Below are positions 1-8,400 of a stretch of DNA of 32,000 nt, in pieces (the stretch's first letter is position 1; the number at the start of each line of letters is the position of its first letter). Location: NCBI RefSeq assembly GCF_048300925.1, contig NZ_CP133759.1; one strand, given 5' to 3'. The position numbers and the translations under genes were made by a program. Under the pieces are notes generated by a model. That model saw only the letters and a list, made by a program, of their open reading frames with translations. It made no database searches and was not told the DNA's origin. The DNA is from Thermithiobacillus tepidarius DSM 3134 (GTDB taxonomy: Bacteria > Pseudomonadota > Gammaproteobacteria > Acidithiobacillales > Thermithiobacillaceae).

Positions 1-1
1 G

Positions 2-808
2 CTGGTGGACGGTCGCCAGTACAGCTTCTTTTTCGTGCTGCCCCGCGCCTTCGATGCCCGCCGTCCTCCGCTTCAGCCGCAGGCGCTCTTCGATTTCCTG
101 GCACCGGCCATCGTCGGGACGTACCAAGCCCTGGGCCTGCCGGCGGCGGCGCAGGGCAGACATGATTTCTGGGTGAATGGCCGCAAGATCGCCGGCACCG
201 GTTCGGGCCTGCTGGGGCCGTGCCAGGTTTTTGCCAGCAGCTTCATGCTGGACTTCGACGCGGCTTTGTTCGCCCGCCTGGTGGCGGCGCCGTCCGCCGG
301 GTTCCGGGCCTGGTTGGCGGAAGCGCTGGCCGAGTCGATGACTTCCTGGCGCGCCGAGGGAAGCGTGCCGGCGCCGACGGCGCTGGCGGCGGCCCTGCGT
401 GCGCAGGTGGAGCGGCATCTGGGCTGGCGCCTGGAGGAAAGCGCGCCGACGCCCTCCGAGGCGGCCGCCATGGCCGCGGCCCTGGACGAGGTGGAGGCGG
501 ACGAATGGGAGGCGGAAAGCAGTTCGTCCAAGCGGCGCGTGCCATACGGCATCAAGGTGAAGGCGGACACCTATCTGACGGAGCGCCACTGGGATGGGGA
601 GTGGGTGCGCATTCTCACCCGTGCCGGCCGGATCGCGCGCGTGGCCGGGGCCGGCCCGCTGATGCAGGCGGCGATCACCGAGGCGGTGCTGGGTTGCCGG
701 CCAACCGCGCCCGAGCTGGAACCGCGCCTGCGGTGTCTCGGGCCGGCGGCGGCACGGCACTGGGCCGAGCGCATACGGCAGACGGCCCATGTGGAAGAGA
801 ATGGCTAG
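2..808 (+). CDS. lipoate--protein ligase family protein (LplA-like), 5' end cut by the window edge
   Basis: The frame is open from the window start. The segment GRHDFWVNGRKIAGTGSG resembles the LplA region around the catalytic lysine (GRND..V..RKVSGSA). The C-terminal ~90 aa (YLTERHWDGEWVRILTRAGRIARV...) resemble the LplA accessory domain. Stop TAG at 806-808. Confidence 0.6.
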   Translation: MVDGRQYSFFFVLPRAFDARRPPLQPQALFDFLAPAIVGTYQALGLPAAAQGRHDFWVNGRKIAGTGSGLLGPCQVFASSFMLDFDAALFARLVAAPSAGFRAWLAEALAESMTSWRAEGSVPAPTALAAALRAQVERHLGWRLEESAPTPSEAAAMAAALDEVEADEWEAESSSSKRRVPYGIKVKADTYLTERHWDGEWVRILTRAGRIARVAGAGPLMQAAITEAVLGCRPTAPELEPRLRCLGPAAARHWAERIRQTAHVEENG

Positions 809-820
809 AGAGAACGAAGC

Positions 821-1216
821 ATGAGCGACAAGACACCGACCATTCAGCGGCGCTTGCAGCGGGCCTACATCGTGATGTCTTCGGACCCGGAGATCATCGC
901 GGCGTTGCGGGCGGCCACGCCGGCCGGATGGGAGATGAAGGCCGTGACGGATCTGGAAGAAGTGGGCGAGTGGCAGGAAATCCTGCTGCATCGCTTCATC
1001 CTGGTGGATCTCGACGAGGTGGACGTCTTCGATCCGTTGGCGCCCATCCGGGAAGTGCGCACCGAATACATGCTGCAGACGCCGATTTTCTGCTTTGGCG
1101 GGGATGAGGTGGTGCGGGATCAGGCGCGGTTGGCCCGGGCGGACCGGTTCTTCGGGCGCGAGGAAATCGTGCGGCGCTTGCCGGAATTTCTGGAACAGTT
1201 CGGCTGGGGTGGGTAA
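821..1216 (+). CDS. hypothetical protein with an atypical CheY-like receiver pattern
   Basis: ATG lies 12 nt after the upstream stop. The beta-alpha pattern YIVMSSDPEII...FILVDLDE...PIFCFGG resembles a receiver domain, but the N-terminal acidic pair is SS rather than DD. Codon usage is GC3-rich like the neighbouring genes. Confidence 0.5.
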   Translation: MSDKTPTIQRRLQRAYIVMSSDPEIIAALRAATPAGWEMKAVTDLEEVGEWQEILLHRFILVDLDEVDVFDPLAPIREVRTEYMLQTPIFCFGGDEVVRDQARLARADRFFGREEIVRRLPEFLEQFGWGG

Positions 1217-1242
1217 GGGGCGCCGCGACCGCGGTACCCCTT
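1215..1242. terminator. imperfect GC-rich hairpin between convergent genes
   Basis: aaggggcgccgcgaccgcggtacccctt: the outer 6 bp (aagggg/cccctt) and an inner 4-5 bp can pair. It sits between stop 1216 (+) and stop 1256 (-). There is no strong U tract. Confidence 0.3.
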
Positions 1243-1255
1243 GCCGACAGTCGGT

Positions 1256-1579
1256 TCAGCCGACCCAGACGTGCGCTTCGACATCCAGGCGCAGATCGAC
1301 GGTCTCGCTGCGGCCGCCGGCATTGACCGTGATGTTGGCGATGCGCACGCCCGGGGTGTTGAAGCTGACTTCGCAGCTGAAGGTGCCGGGGAGGGCAACG
1401 GTCTTGCTGCACAGCACCTTGCCTTCCGCCTCCAGCTCCACGTTGGCCTGACCGCTGCCGTCCAGCATGAGCTGCACGCGGAAAGGATGGCCCGCCACCC
1501 GGCGGTAGACTTGCGGGTCACGGTTGGCGTTGTACTGCAGGTTGTTCAGCTTGACCATTTTGATCAGTTTCTGGCTCAT
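1256..1579 (-). CDS. hypothetical protein (107 aa)
   Basis: Strong SD (aaaggagggcac-ATG). Alternating polar/hydrophobic pattern suggests a beta-rich protein. Divergent from the cbbQ-side genes. I recognise no family. Confidence 0.6.
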   Translation of the reverse strand: MSQKLIKMVKLNNLQYNANRDPQVYRRVAGHPFRVQLMLDGSGQANVELEAEGKVLCSKTVALPGTFSCEVSFNTPGVRIANITVNAGGRSETVDLRLDVEAHVWVG

Positions 1580-1711
1580 GTGCCCTCCTTTATGAGCGAA
1601 TAAGAAAAATTTGTAGATCTATCGGACGTTTGAAGGATACGTGGGGGCCTATGCTAAACGAAATTTTTACTGGACGATAGAGTGGCGGACGCCATATCGG
1701 GAGCGGGGTCG
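1580..1711. promoter_or_regulatory. AT-enriched divergent intergenic region, presumed to hold promoters for both flanking gene sets
   Basis: It is clearly more AT-rich than its surroundings (gaataagaaaaatttgtagatctatc...cgaaatttttactgg) and sits between divergent start codons. I could not pin down exact -35/-10 boxes. Confidence 0.3.
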
Positions 1712-2122
1712 ATGGAAAGCAAAAATGACTTGCCAGCAAAGCTGGATGCGGTAAACACCGCGCTGTTCGGATTGGAGCGGCGCCTGTCCCAGGGAGAAAA
1801 GCTGCCCCTGTCGGAGACGGTCGATCAAGCGATTGCCTTGGTCGAGGACATCCTGCGCGCCTTCGCCGATGCCGAGGGGAAGCCCTACGCCGAGTCCGAC
1901 CGCATCCTCGAGTTGTGGAAAAAACTGGTGAAAGGCGAGCCTACCTTGAATACAATCCGCGACAACTGTCGGGAACTGGTGTACTACCGCAACTGCATCG
2001 ACATGCAGCGCGAGGACGCCCTGCCGCCGCATCCGGAACGGATGGCCGTGCGGACCGCCCGCCACATCTACTTGTACATGCGCAGCCGCGCCGAGCAGCG
2101 CGGCATGCTGCAGGAAGACTGA
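1712..2122 (+). CDS. hypothetical helical protein (136 aa) immediately upstream of cbbQ
   Basis: The ORF track starts it at GTG 1682. The first ATG (MESKNDL...) is at 1712. The gene ends 32 nt before cbbQ on the same strand. I recognise no family. Confidence 0.6.
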   Translation: MESKNDLPAKLDAVNTALFGLERRLSQGEKLPLSETVDQAIALVEDILRAFADAEGKPYAESDRILELWKKLVKGEPTLNTIRDNCRELVYYRNCIDMQREDALPPHPERMAVRTARHIYLYMRSRAEQRGMLQED

Positions 2123-2154
2123 CGCCATACCAGCTTTAGCCAGCGGGAGAGTGA

Positions 2155-2955
2155 ATGGAAACCATGCGCACAGCCGCCGACCAGGCCCCTTTTTATCAGC
2201 CGGTCGGCAACGAGGTGGAGATTTTCGAGGCGGCCTACCGCAAGCGGCTGCCGGTGATGCTGAAGGGGCCGACGGGCTGCGGCAAGACCCGCTTCGTGGA
2301 ATACATGGCCCATCGTCTGCGCCGGCCGCTGATCACGGTGGCGTGTCACGAGGATCTCACCAGCTCGGATCTGGTCGGTCGCTTCCTGCTGGAAGGAGCG
2401 GAAACGGTCTGGCAGGATGGCCCGCTGACCCAGGCGGTCAAGACCGGAGCCTTCTGCTATCTTGATGAGATCGTCGAGGCGCGCACGGACACCACCGTGG
2501 TGATCCACCCCCTGACCGATCATCGCCGCCACCTGCCCCTGGAAAAGCGCGGGCAGGAGATCCAGGCCCACGACGACTTCATGCTGGTGATCTCGTACAA
2601 TCCCGGCTACCAGACCGTGCTCAAGGATTTGAAGCCCTCCACCAAGCAGCGCTTCGTGGCCTTGACCTTCGACTACCCGCCCGAGGAGATCGAGGCGCGG
2701 ATCGTGGCCCACGAAGCGGGCGTGGACGCGGCCCTGGCGGGCAAGCTGGTCGCCGCGGCGCGCAAGGCCCGCAACCTGAAGGACCATGGCCTGCAGGAGG
2801 TGACTTCCACGCGGGCGCTGGTCTACGCGGGCAGCCTGATGGCCAGCGGCGTGGCACCCCTGGAGGCCTGCCAGGTGGCTATCGTCAATCCGCAGACGGA
2901 TGATGCCGAGCTGGCGGAGGCGTTGATGGAGATTTTTCGGGCGTATTTTGGATAA
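2155..2955 (+). CDS. cbbQ: CbbQ/NirQ/NorQ-family MoxR-type AAA+ ATPase
   Basis: Walker A is [12 protein letters not shown] and Walker B is [11 protein letters not shown]. Colinear similarity runs over the whole 266 aa to CbbQ/NorQ as I remember them ([23 protein letters not shown]). I cannot separate CbbQ from NorQ by eye. Confidence 0.85.
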   Translation: METMRTAADQAPFYQPVGNEVEIFEAAYRKRLPVMLKGPTGCGKTRFVEYMAHRLRRPLITVACHEDLTSSDLVGRFLLEGAETVWQDGPLTQAVKTGAFCYLDEIVEARTDTTVVIHPLTDHRRHLPLEKRGQEIQAHDDFMLVISYNPGYQTVLKDLKPSTKQRFVALTFDYPPEEIEARIVAHEAGVDAALAGKLVAAARKARNLKDHGLQEVTSTRALVYAGSLMASGVAPLEACQVAIVNPQTDDAELAEALMEIFRAYFG

Positions 2956-3036
2956 GTGGAGCGGGTTGGACTGGGCTGAAATTGGTTCAGTCCAATGGGG
3001 TTGAGGGTTGGAGCGGGCTTCCGCCCGCGGGTGCTT

Positions 3037-3345
3037 GGGTGTCGGGGGTTGCCCGACAGCCTGCGACCTTTGCCATTCGCTGCGCTCACGCTCGCCTGCG
3101 GCTCGCGAAAACGGGCAGCGCCCGTTGCCTGAGGCGCCGACGGCGCCGGCTCGGACAGGCACTCGCTCGTTGCTGCCGCCCCTGGCGGTAGGAGCGAGCT
3201 TGCTCGCGAGCCACTGTGCCGATGGGGAGGCAATCGCGAGCGAGCTCGCTCCTACGAGCCAGGATGCCGGCCCGCCAGGATTTGGCACGGCACCGCAGCC
3301 GCCCGGAATACCCGTTTCCGCGGAAAGCCGGCAGGTGAGAGGGAC
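3037..3345. repeat. composite REP/BIME-like intergenic element, copy 1 (between cbbQ and cbbO)
   Basis: It shares several modules with 18613-18882: a terminal hairpin G(T/C)CGGGGGTTGCCCG(A/G)C, a GTAGGAGCGAGC...GCTCGCTCCTAC palindrome pair, a ~50-nt conserved box (gccggcccgc.agg..ttggca.ggc..cgcagccgcccggaa.acccg), a second hairpin, and GGCAGGTGAG.GGGAC. Confidence 0.75.
3188..3255. repeat. REP-type inverted repeat pair (GTAGGAGCGAGCTTGCTCGCGA ... TCGCGAGCGAGCTCGCTCCTAC)
   Basis: The two ~22-nt arms are inverted copies of each other and each arm is itself a small palindrome. Same family as 18726-18793 and 18935-19001. Confidence 0.85.
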
Positions 3346-3464
3346 AATGCGGCTAGGGCGGGTTCGCTGCAAGATTGGATGCCCACGGAGCGACTTGGGA
3401 CTGGAGCGCAAGGTCAGGCATTCCACTCGCATTTCACGACTCACGTTTCACCTACCGGACGCAC

Positions 3465-5963
3465 ATGAACACTGCTGCTGAAGAAGTTCTCGAACACCTG
3501 GCCGCCATCAGCTTCGTCGCGGGGCGGGATGCGCGGGCGGCGTTGCCGGCGGTGGAGCCGCTGGGCGATGCCGCGGTGCTGCGCTATCTGGAAGCCGGGC
3601 GCGACTTGTTTTTTTACGATCGCGAGGCGGGCAAGGCGCTTTTCCAGCATACGGCGGCGCTGGTGCCCGCCTTCGGCGGCGTGGAGCCCTGGATCACGCA
3701 GGCGGACAGCTTTCGCAAGTTCCGCGGCAGTTGGAAGGCCCTGAGCGCCTTCCTCGAACAGGCCGGCGAGGTGCGCAGCCGCTACGGCGCGGAGGTGGAA
3801 ACCCGCTGGTACGAGCTGGGCTACGCCTTCCTGGCCAGCCACGTGGACAGCGGCACCGCCTTTTTCCGGGCACCCTTCGCCGAGCTGGCGGGGACGGCGG
3901 GCAGCGTGGCGCGGATGGAAGCCCTGCTCGCACCGGCCAGGGAGCTCCTGAATCAGCGGCTGGGACTCGGCACTTACCTGCAGGGGGCGCTGCGCGTGCG
4001 CCAGATGACCGACGACGCCGGTCTGCTGGACTGGGCGCGGCGCGGCGCCGACGTGCTGCAAAGCGGCCGTCTGCGCGGGGAGGCTTATTTCCGGTTGGAA
4101 AGCGAAGAGAGTCTGGGTTTCCTGCTGGAGGTGCTGCCCGGCTATCGCACCCGCTCTCAGCAGCGTCTGCTGGCCCTGCTGGTGCAGGCCTGGTTCGGCC
4201 TGCCCATGCCGCTGGAGGACAGCAACTGGGCGCCGGACAAGGGGCGCGCCTTCGTGGAAACGGACGGGCGCCGCCTGTTCGTGCCGGCCATCATGGCCGA
4301 CCGCGAGGAAGCCGTGCTGGCCCTGCTGCATACGGCGGGACACATCCGCGCCGGCAGCTACGACCGCGCGGCCATCGAGGCGCTTTTTGCCGTGATCGGC
4401 GTCGAGCATCCGCCCCTCGATGACCAGGAGCGCATCACCTGGCGCCCGCTCTTTGCCCAGTTCGGGCAGGACATGATCCGCTTCCAGCTGATCTTCGACC
4501 TATGCGAGGACCTGCGCGTGGACAACCGGGTCCGGCAGGAGGTGCCCCACTACCTGGAACGCATAGTGCAATTGGCCGAGCGTCGCCCGCGCCCCGCAGG
4601 GCCGGCCGGCGCCTATTTCACGGCGGCGCTGGAGCAGGCCAGGGCCCTGCTGGGCCAGGGCAGATTGCCCGAGCGGCTGCAGCCGCTGCTCGAACCCGGC
4701 GCCACCATCGTCGACAGCTTCCGCATCGCGCTGGCGTGGTACGCCGAGGACAGCTTCCCGTCCATTGCCCTGAGTCAGCGCGGCGAGGCTTACCTGCCCG
4801 GCCGCTCGCCCAACGCCGCCCGGCCGGTCTTCCCCACCCGCAAAGGCAAGCCGGTGGACGATGCCGGCGCGGATGAAGGCGGCTTGCTGGGCCAGCCCCA
4901 CGAGGAGGAACCCAGGAAGGAGGTGCCGCAGCAGGCCGCTGGTCACGATCCCGACTTCGACATCCCGCCGGAGGACACCAGCGGTCAAGGTGGGCGCGTG
5001 GGCGTGGGCAAGCCCATGCCGAGCAAGGTGACCGGCCGCGGGCGGGGCTTCAAGAAGACGGAAGGCGGCATTCCCTATCCGGAGTGGGACTACCGGGCGG
5101 GGAGCTTCAAGGCGGACTGGGCGCGCGTGCACCTGCGCAAGCTGCAGGAGGAGGACGCCGCCGAGGCCGAGCAGCTGATGGGCCAATATCGCAGCGCGCT
5201 GCTGCGCCTGAAAAAAGCCATCCAGGCGCAGAAGCCGACCCGCTTGGCCCCGCTGCGGCGCCAGATGGAAGGCGAGGAGATCGACATCGAGGCGGCGGTG
5301 CAGTTCGTGGCCGAGCGGCACGCCGGCCAGTCGCCCAAGGCCAACGTCTACCGCCAACGCCGTCAGCAGCACCGCGACACCAGCGTGCTCCTGCTGGCGG
5401 ACATGTCCACCTCCATCATGGCCCAGTTGCCGGACGGCGGCGGGCGCATCGTCGACCGCCTGCGCGCGGCCATGCTGCTCTTCGCTGAAGCGCTCAACGA
5501 GGTGGGCGACCCTTACGCCCTCTACGGCTTCGCCAGCAAGTATCGGGACAACGTGTCGGTCTATCCCATCAAGCGCTTCCAGGATGCCTTCGACTCCCGA
5601 GTGCGCGCCGTCATCGGCGGCCTGTCGGGACGCTTGGCCACGCGCATGGGCGCGGCCATCCGGCATGCCACCCGCACCATGCAGGCGAGTCCGGCCCAGC
5701 GGCGGCTCCTGCTCATCCTGTCGGACGGCCGCCCCTCCGATTACGACGACGGCGGCGACGCGCGCTACCTGCACGAGGACACGCGGATGGCGGTGAAGGA
5801 GGCGGTGGACGCCGGCGTGCATTCCTTCTGCATCACCCTCGACCCGCAGGGCAGCCAATATCTGCCCGGCATCTTCGGCGTCGGGCACTACTTGGTGCTG
5901 GATCATCTGGACAGCTTGCCGGCCCGGTTGCCGGAAGTGTATCTGCGCCTGCGCAAGGCCTGA
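3465..5963 (+). CDS. cbbO: CbbO/NorD-family protein with a C-terminal von Willebrand factor A domain
   Basis: YPEWDYRAG motif. The VWA MIDAS motif is present as LLLADMSTS (DxSxS) plus LILSDGRPSD. The size (832 aa) and the position after cbbQ also fit. I moved the start to ATG 3465, because the track start at 3375 would extend into the repeat-filled spacer. There is no clear SD at 3465. Confidence 0.8.
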   Translation: MNTAAEEVLEHLAAISFVAGRDARAALPAVEPLGDAAVLRYLEAGRDLFFYDREAGKALFQHTAALVPAFGGVEPWITQADSFRKFRGSWKALSAFLEQAGEVRSRYGAEVETRWYELGYAFLASHVDSGTAFFRAPFAELAGTAGSVARMEALLAPARELLNQRLGLGTYLQGALRVRQMTDDAGLLDWARRGADVLQSGRLRGEAYFRLESEESLGFLLEVLPGYRTRSQQRLLALLVQAWFGLPMPLEDSNWAPDKGRAFVETDGRRLFVPAIMADREEAVLALLHTAGHIRAGSYDRAAIEALFAVIGVEHPPLDDQERITWRPLFAQFGQDMIRFQLIFDLCEDLRVDNRVRQEVPHYLERIVQLAERRPRPAGPAGAYFTAALEQARALLGQGRLPERLQPLLEPGATIVDSFRIALAWYAEDSFPSIALSQRGEAYLPGRSPNAARPVFPTRKGKPVDDAGADEGGLLGQPHEEEPRKEVPQQAAGHDPDFDIPPEDTSGQGGRVGVGKPMPSKVTGRGRGFKKTEGGIPYPEWDYRAGSFKADWARVHLRKLQEEDAAEAEQLMGQYRSALLRLKKAIQAQKPTRLAPLRRQMEGEEIDIEAAVQFVAERHAGQSPKANVYRQRRQQHRDTSVLLLADMSTSIMAQLPDGGGRIVDRLRAAMLLFAEALNEVGDPYALYGFASKYRDNVSVYPIKRFQDAFDSRVRAVIGGLSGRLATRMGAAIRHATRTMQASPAQRRLLLILSDGRPSDYDDGGDARYLHEDTRMAVKEAVDAGVHSFCITLDPQGSQYLPGIFGVGHYLVLDHLDSLPARLPEVYLRLRKA

Positions 5964-5970
5964 GTGCGGC

Positions 5971-7173
5971 ATGAACGAGACCGACAAGTTTGCGCCCCGG
6001 AGCCTGCCCACCCGCGATGCGCTGTTCATCGGCGCGGCCCGCTACCGGCGGCCGAGCTACACCTCCAATCACCCGCTGGCCATCCCGCGGGTCTCCCTGG
6101 CCTTGGATCTCATCAACGCCTACGGCGCCATCACGCCCGCCGAGTACCTGACCGGCCGCAAAGCCAGCAACAAGGAGCTGACCTGGTTCCACGAGCCGGC
6201 CTATATCCAGGCGTTCCAGCGCGCCCAGTTCCGCGGCAAGGTGACCCAGGCCGATCGCGAGCGCTTCCAGCTCGGCAACCTGGAAAATCCGTATTTCCCG
6301 GATTTTTTCGACACGCCGAGCCTCGCCACCGGCTCCAGCATCCAAGGGGCGGAGCAGGTGCTCGCCGGGCGCACCGCCTTCAGTCCGGCGGGCGGCATGC
6401 ACCACGCCGCGCCGCATCAGGCGCGCGGCTTCTGCTATCTCAACGATCCGGCATTGGCTATCATGCGCCTGCGGCGGGCGGGACTGCGGGTGTTGTACCT
6501 GGATATCGACGCGCACCATGGCGACGGGGTGGAAGCCGCCTTCGTCGATGATCCGGAGACTCTGACCGCCTCCATCCACATGGACACGAGCTACGCCTAT
6601 CCCTTCCAGGGCGGCGGCATCGACGACCAGCCGGGTGGTGCCGTCAACCTGCCCCTGCCGCCGGGCATCAACGACGCGGAGTACCGCCTGGCCTTCCACA
6701 GCCTGTGGTCGCGGCTGCTGGAAGGCTTCCGGCCGGACGTGGTGGTGCTGCAGGCGGGGACGGACATCCTGACCCACGATCCCCTGAGCAAATTCCGGGT
6801 CTCCAACGGCGTGTTCTGGGAGGCGGCGACACGCGTCATCGACGAGAGTCCACGGCTGCTGGTGCTGGGCGGCGGCGGCTATCATCCCATCGCCTTGGCG
6901 CGCTGCTGGACCGGCGTGTGGGCGCGACTGACGGGACGCGCTCTGGACGAGCGCCTGCCGGATGCCGCCAGTGCCCTGCTGCGCGCCGTCAACTGGGAGC
7001 TGGACGACGAAGATGCCGAGGAAACCGAGCGGCTGTATACCCACTTGAGCGACCTGCCCAACGACGGCCCGGTGCGGGAAGAAGTGCGGGCGCGCGTGCA
7101 GCGGCTGCTGGACAGTCACCCGCTGCTGGCGCCGCGGGTCATGGCCGTCAGACAGATTGAAAGCAAGGACTGA
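5971..7173 (+). CDS. histone deacetylase-family (AcuC/class I HDAC-like) Zn-dependent deacetylase
   Basis: PAGGMHHA, the zinc-ligand motif LDIDAHHGDG and GGGGYH (catalytic Tyr) are all present. It starts 7 nt after the cbbO stop. Confidence 0.85.
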   Translation: MNETDKFAPRSLPTRDALFIGAARYRRPSYTSNHPLAIPRVSLALDLINAYGAITPAEYLTGRKASNKELTWFHEPAYIQAFQRAQFRGKVTQADRERFQLGNLENPYFPDFFDTPSLATGSSIQGAEQVLAGRTAFSPAGGMHHAAPHQARGFCYLNDPALAIMRLRRAGLRVLYLDIDAHHGDGVEAAFVDDPETLTASIHMDTSYAYPFQGGGIDDQPGGAVNLPLPPGINDAEYRLAFHSLWSRLLEGFRPDVVVLQAGTDILTHDPLSKFRVSNGVFWEAATRVIDESPRLLVLGGGGYHPIALARCWTGVWARLTGRALDERLPDAASALLRAVNWELDDEDAEETERLYTHLSDLPNDGPVREEVRARVQRLLDSHPLLAPRVMAVRQIESKD

Positions 7174-7183
7174 GACGAACCCC

Positions 7184-8332
7184 ATGCCAAACCAAGAAAC
7201 TGCATTGCTGCCCGGCCATGCCACGCCGGAGGGGACCAAGGCCTATCAGGCCCGCTTCGGCGCCCGCCTGCCCGAGTCGCATTACAGCGACTTTCTGAAG
7301 ACGCACATCAAGATGTCATCCATCGGCATCGGCACCTTTCCGGGGCAGCCCGACGAGGCCACCGACGAGGCCTACGCCCGGATCGTCAGCCGCGCGCTGC
7401 AGGAAGGGGTCAACGTCATCGATACCGGGGCCAACTACCGCTACGGCCGCTCTCCGCGCGCGGTGGGGGAGGGGGTGCGCCGGGCTTTGGCGGCGGGCGT
7501 GCCCCGCGAAGCCATGTTCCTGGTGTCCAAGGGCGGTTTCCTCACTCTGCCCGAGGGACGGCCCGACGACATGGCGGCTTTCTTCAGGCGGGAGATCATG
7601 GCCAAAGGACTGGGCTCGCCCGAGGACTTGGCCCAAGGCATCCATCTGCTGAACCCCGCCTACATCCTTTGGCAACTGGAGCAGAGCCGCCGGGCCATGG
7701 GCGTGGAAACCCTGGACGCCTTCCTGGTGGACCAGCCGGAGATCCACATTCCGCTGATCGGCAAGGAGCGCATGCACCGCAAGCTGCTGCGCGTTTTCGA
7801 GGCGCTGGAGATGGCGGTGGCGGCGGGCAAGCTGCGTTACTACGGTATTTCCACCTTCAATGCTTGCCGGGTCGAGACGGACAATCCGCTCTTCCAGTCC
7901 ATGACCAGTCTGATCGGCTTGGCGGAGAAGGCTGCCGGCGAGGGCAAGCGGCACCACCTGCGCATCGTGCAGATGCCCTTCAACTACCTGATGACCGAAG
8001 GCTTCACCCGCTTCAGCCAAGCCACCGGCCAGGGCAATGTGGCCTCCACCATCCAGGCCGCCTTCCAGCTGCGCCTGTATCTCATGGCCAGCCACACCCT
8101 GGGCAAGGGCATCCTGGCCCGCGAGAGCCCGGAAATCTTCCCGGCCATGATGCCCACGTTGGCCAATCCGGCGCAGCGGGCCATCCAGTTCAACCGCTCC
8201 ACGCCGGGGGTGGGCACCACCCTGGTGGGCATCAGCCAGCCGGCCCACCTGGAAGATGCGTTGGCGGTGGCGCGCAGCGAGCCTTTGCCGAAGGAGCAGT
8301 ATCTGAAAATGTATCAGCGGGCGGAGGATTAG
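7184..8332 (+). CDS. aldo/keto reductase family oxidoreductase
   Basis: VIDTGANYRYG supplies the Asp/Tyr of the AKR tetrad, VSKGG supplies the Lys, and the length suits a TIM barrel. ATG 7184 lies 10 nt after the upstream stop. The track's TTG start at 7157 would overlap the upstream gene and has no RBS. Confidence 0.8.
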   Translation: MPNQETALLPGHATPEGTKAYQARFGARLPESHYSDFLKTHIKMSSIGIGTFPGQPDEATDEAYARIVSRALQEGVNVIDTGANYRYGRSPRAVGEGVRRALAAGVPREAMFLVSKGGFLTLPEGRPDDMAAFFRREIMAKGLGSPEDLAQGIHLLNPAYILWQLEQSRRAMGVETLDAFLVDQPEIHIPLIGKERMHRKLLRVFEALEMAVAAGKLRYYGISTFNACRVETDNPLFQSMTSLIGLAEKAAGEGKRHHLRIVQMPFNYLMTEGFTRFSQATGQGNVASTIQAAFQLRLYLMASHTLGKGILARESPEIFPAMMPTLANPAQRAIQFNRSTPGVGTTLVGISQPAHLEDALAVARSEPLPKEQYLKMYQRAED

Positions 8333-8358
8333 GCCCCAGCGGAGCCGGCATTCGCACA

Positions 8359-8381
8359 GCAGCCCCCGCGCTGGGGGCTGC
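8359..8381. terminator. GC-rich hairpin between convergent genes
   Basis: gcagccccc-gcgct-gggggctgc gives a 9-bp perfect stem. It sits between stop 8332 (+) and stop 8401 (-). There is no U tract. Confidence 0.4.
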
Positions 8382-8400
8382 CCGGGCCGGGCGGGACAGC

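Noticed and set aside
2068-3444. 458-aa ORF on the minus strand
   Set aside because: It is antisense to cbbQ and runs through the REP-filled spacer. Its composition is Arg/Ala/Gly/Pro-rich with no motifs, which is typical of a GC-driven shadow ORF.
3375-3464. Upstream ATG that would extend cbbO by 30 codons
   Set aside because: The extension (MDAHGATWDWSARSG...) lies in the spacer just after the repeat element, lacks an RBS and looks non-protein-like. I preferred ATG 3465, although that start also lacks a clear SD.
4500-7239. Two long minus-strand ORFs (4500-6029, 509 aa; 5833-7239, 468 aa)
   Set aside because: They are antisense to the well-supported cbbO-like and HDAC-like genes. They are low-complexity with no recognisable domains.
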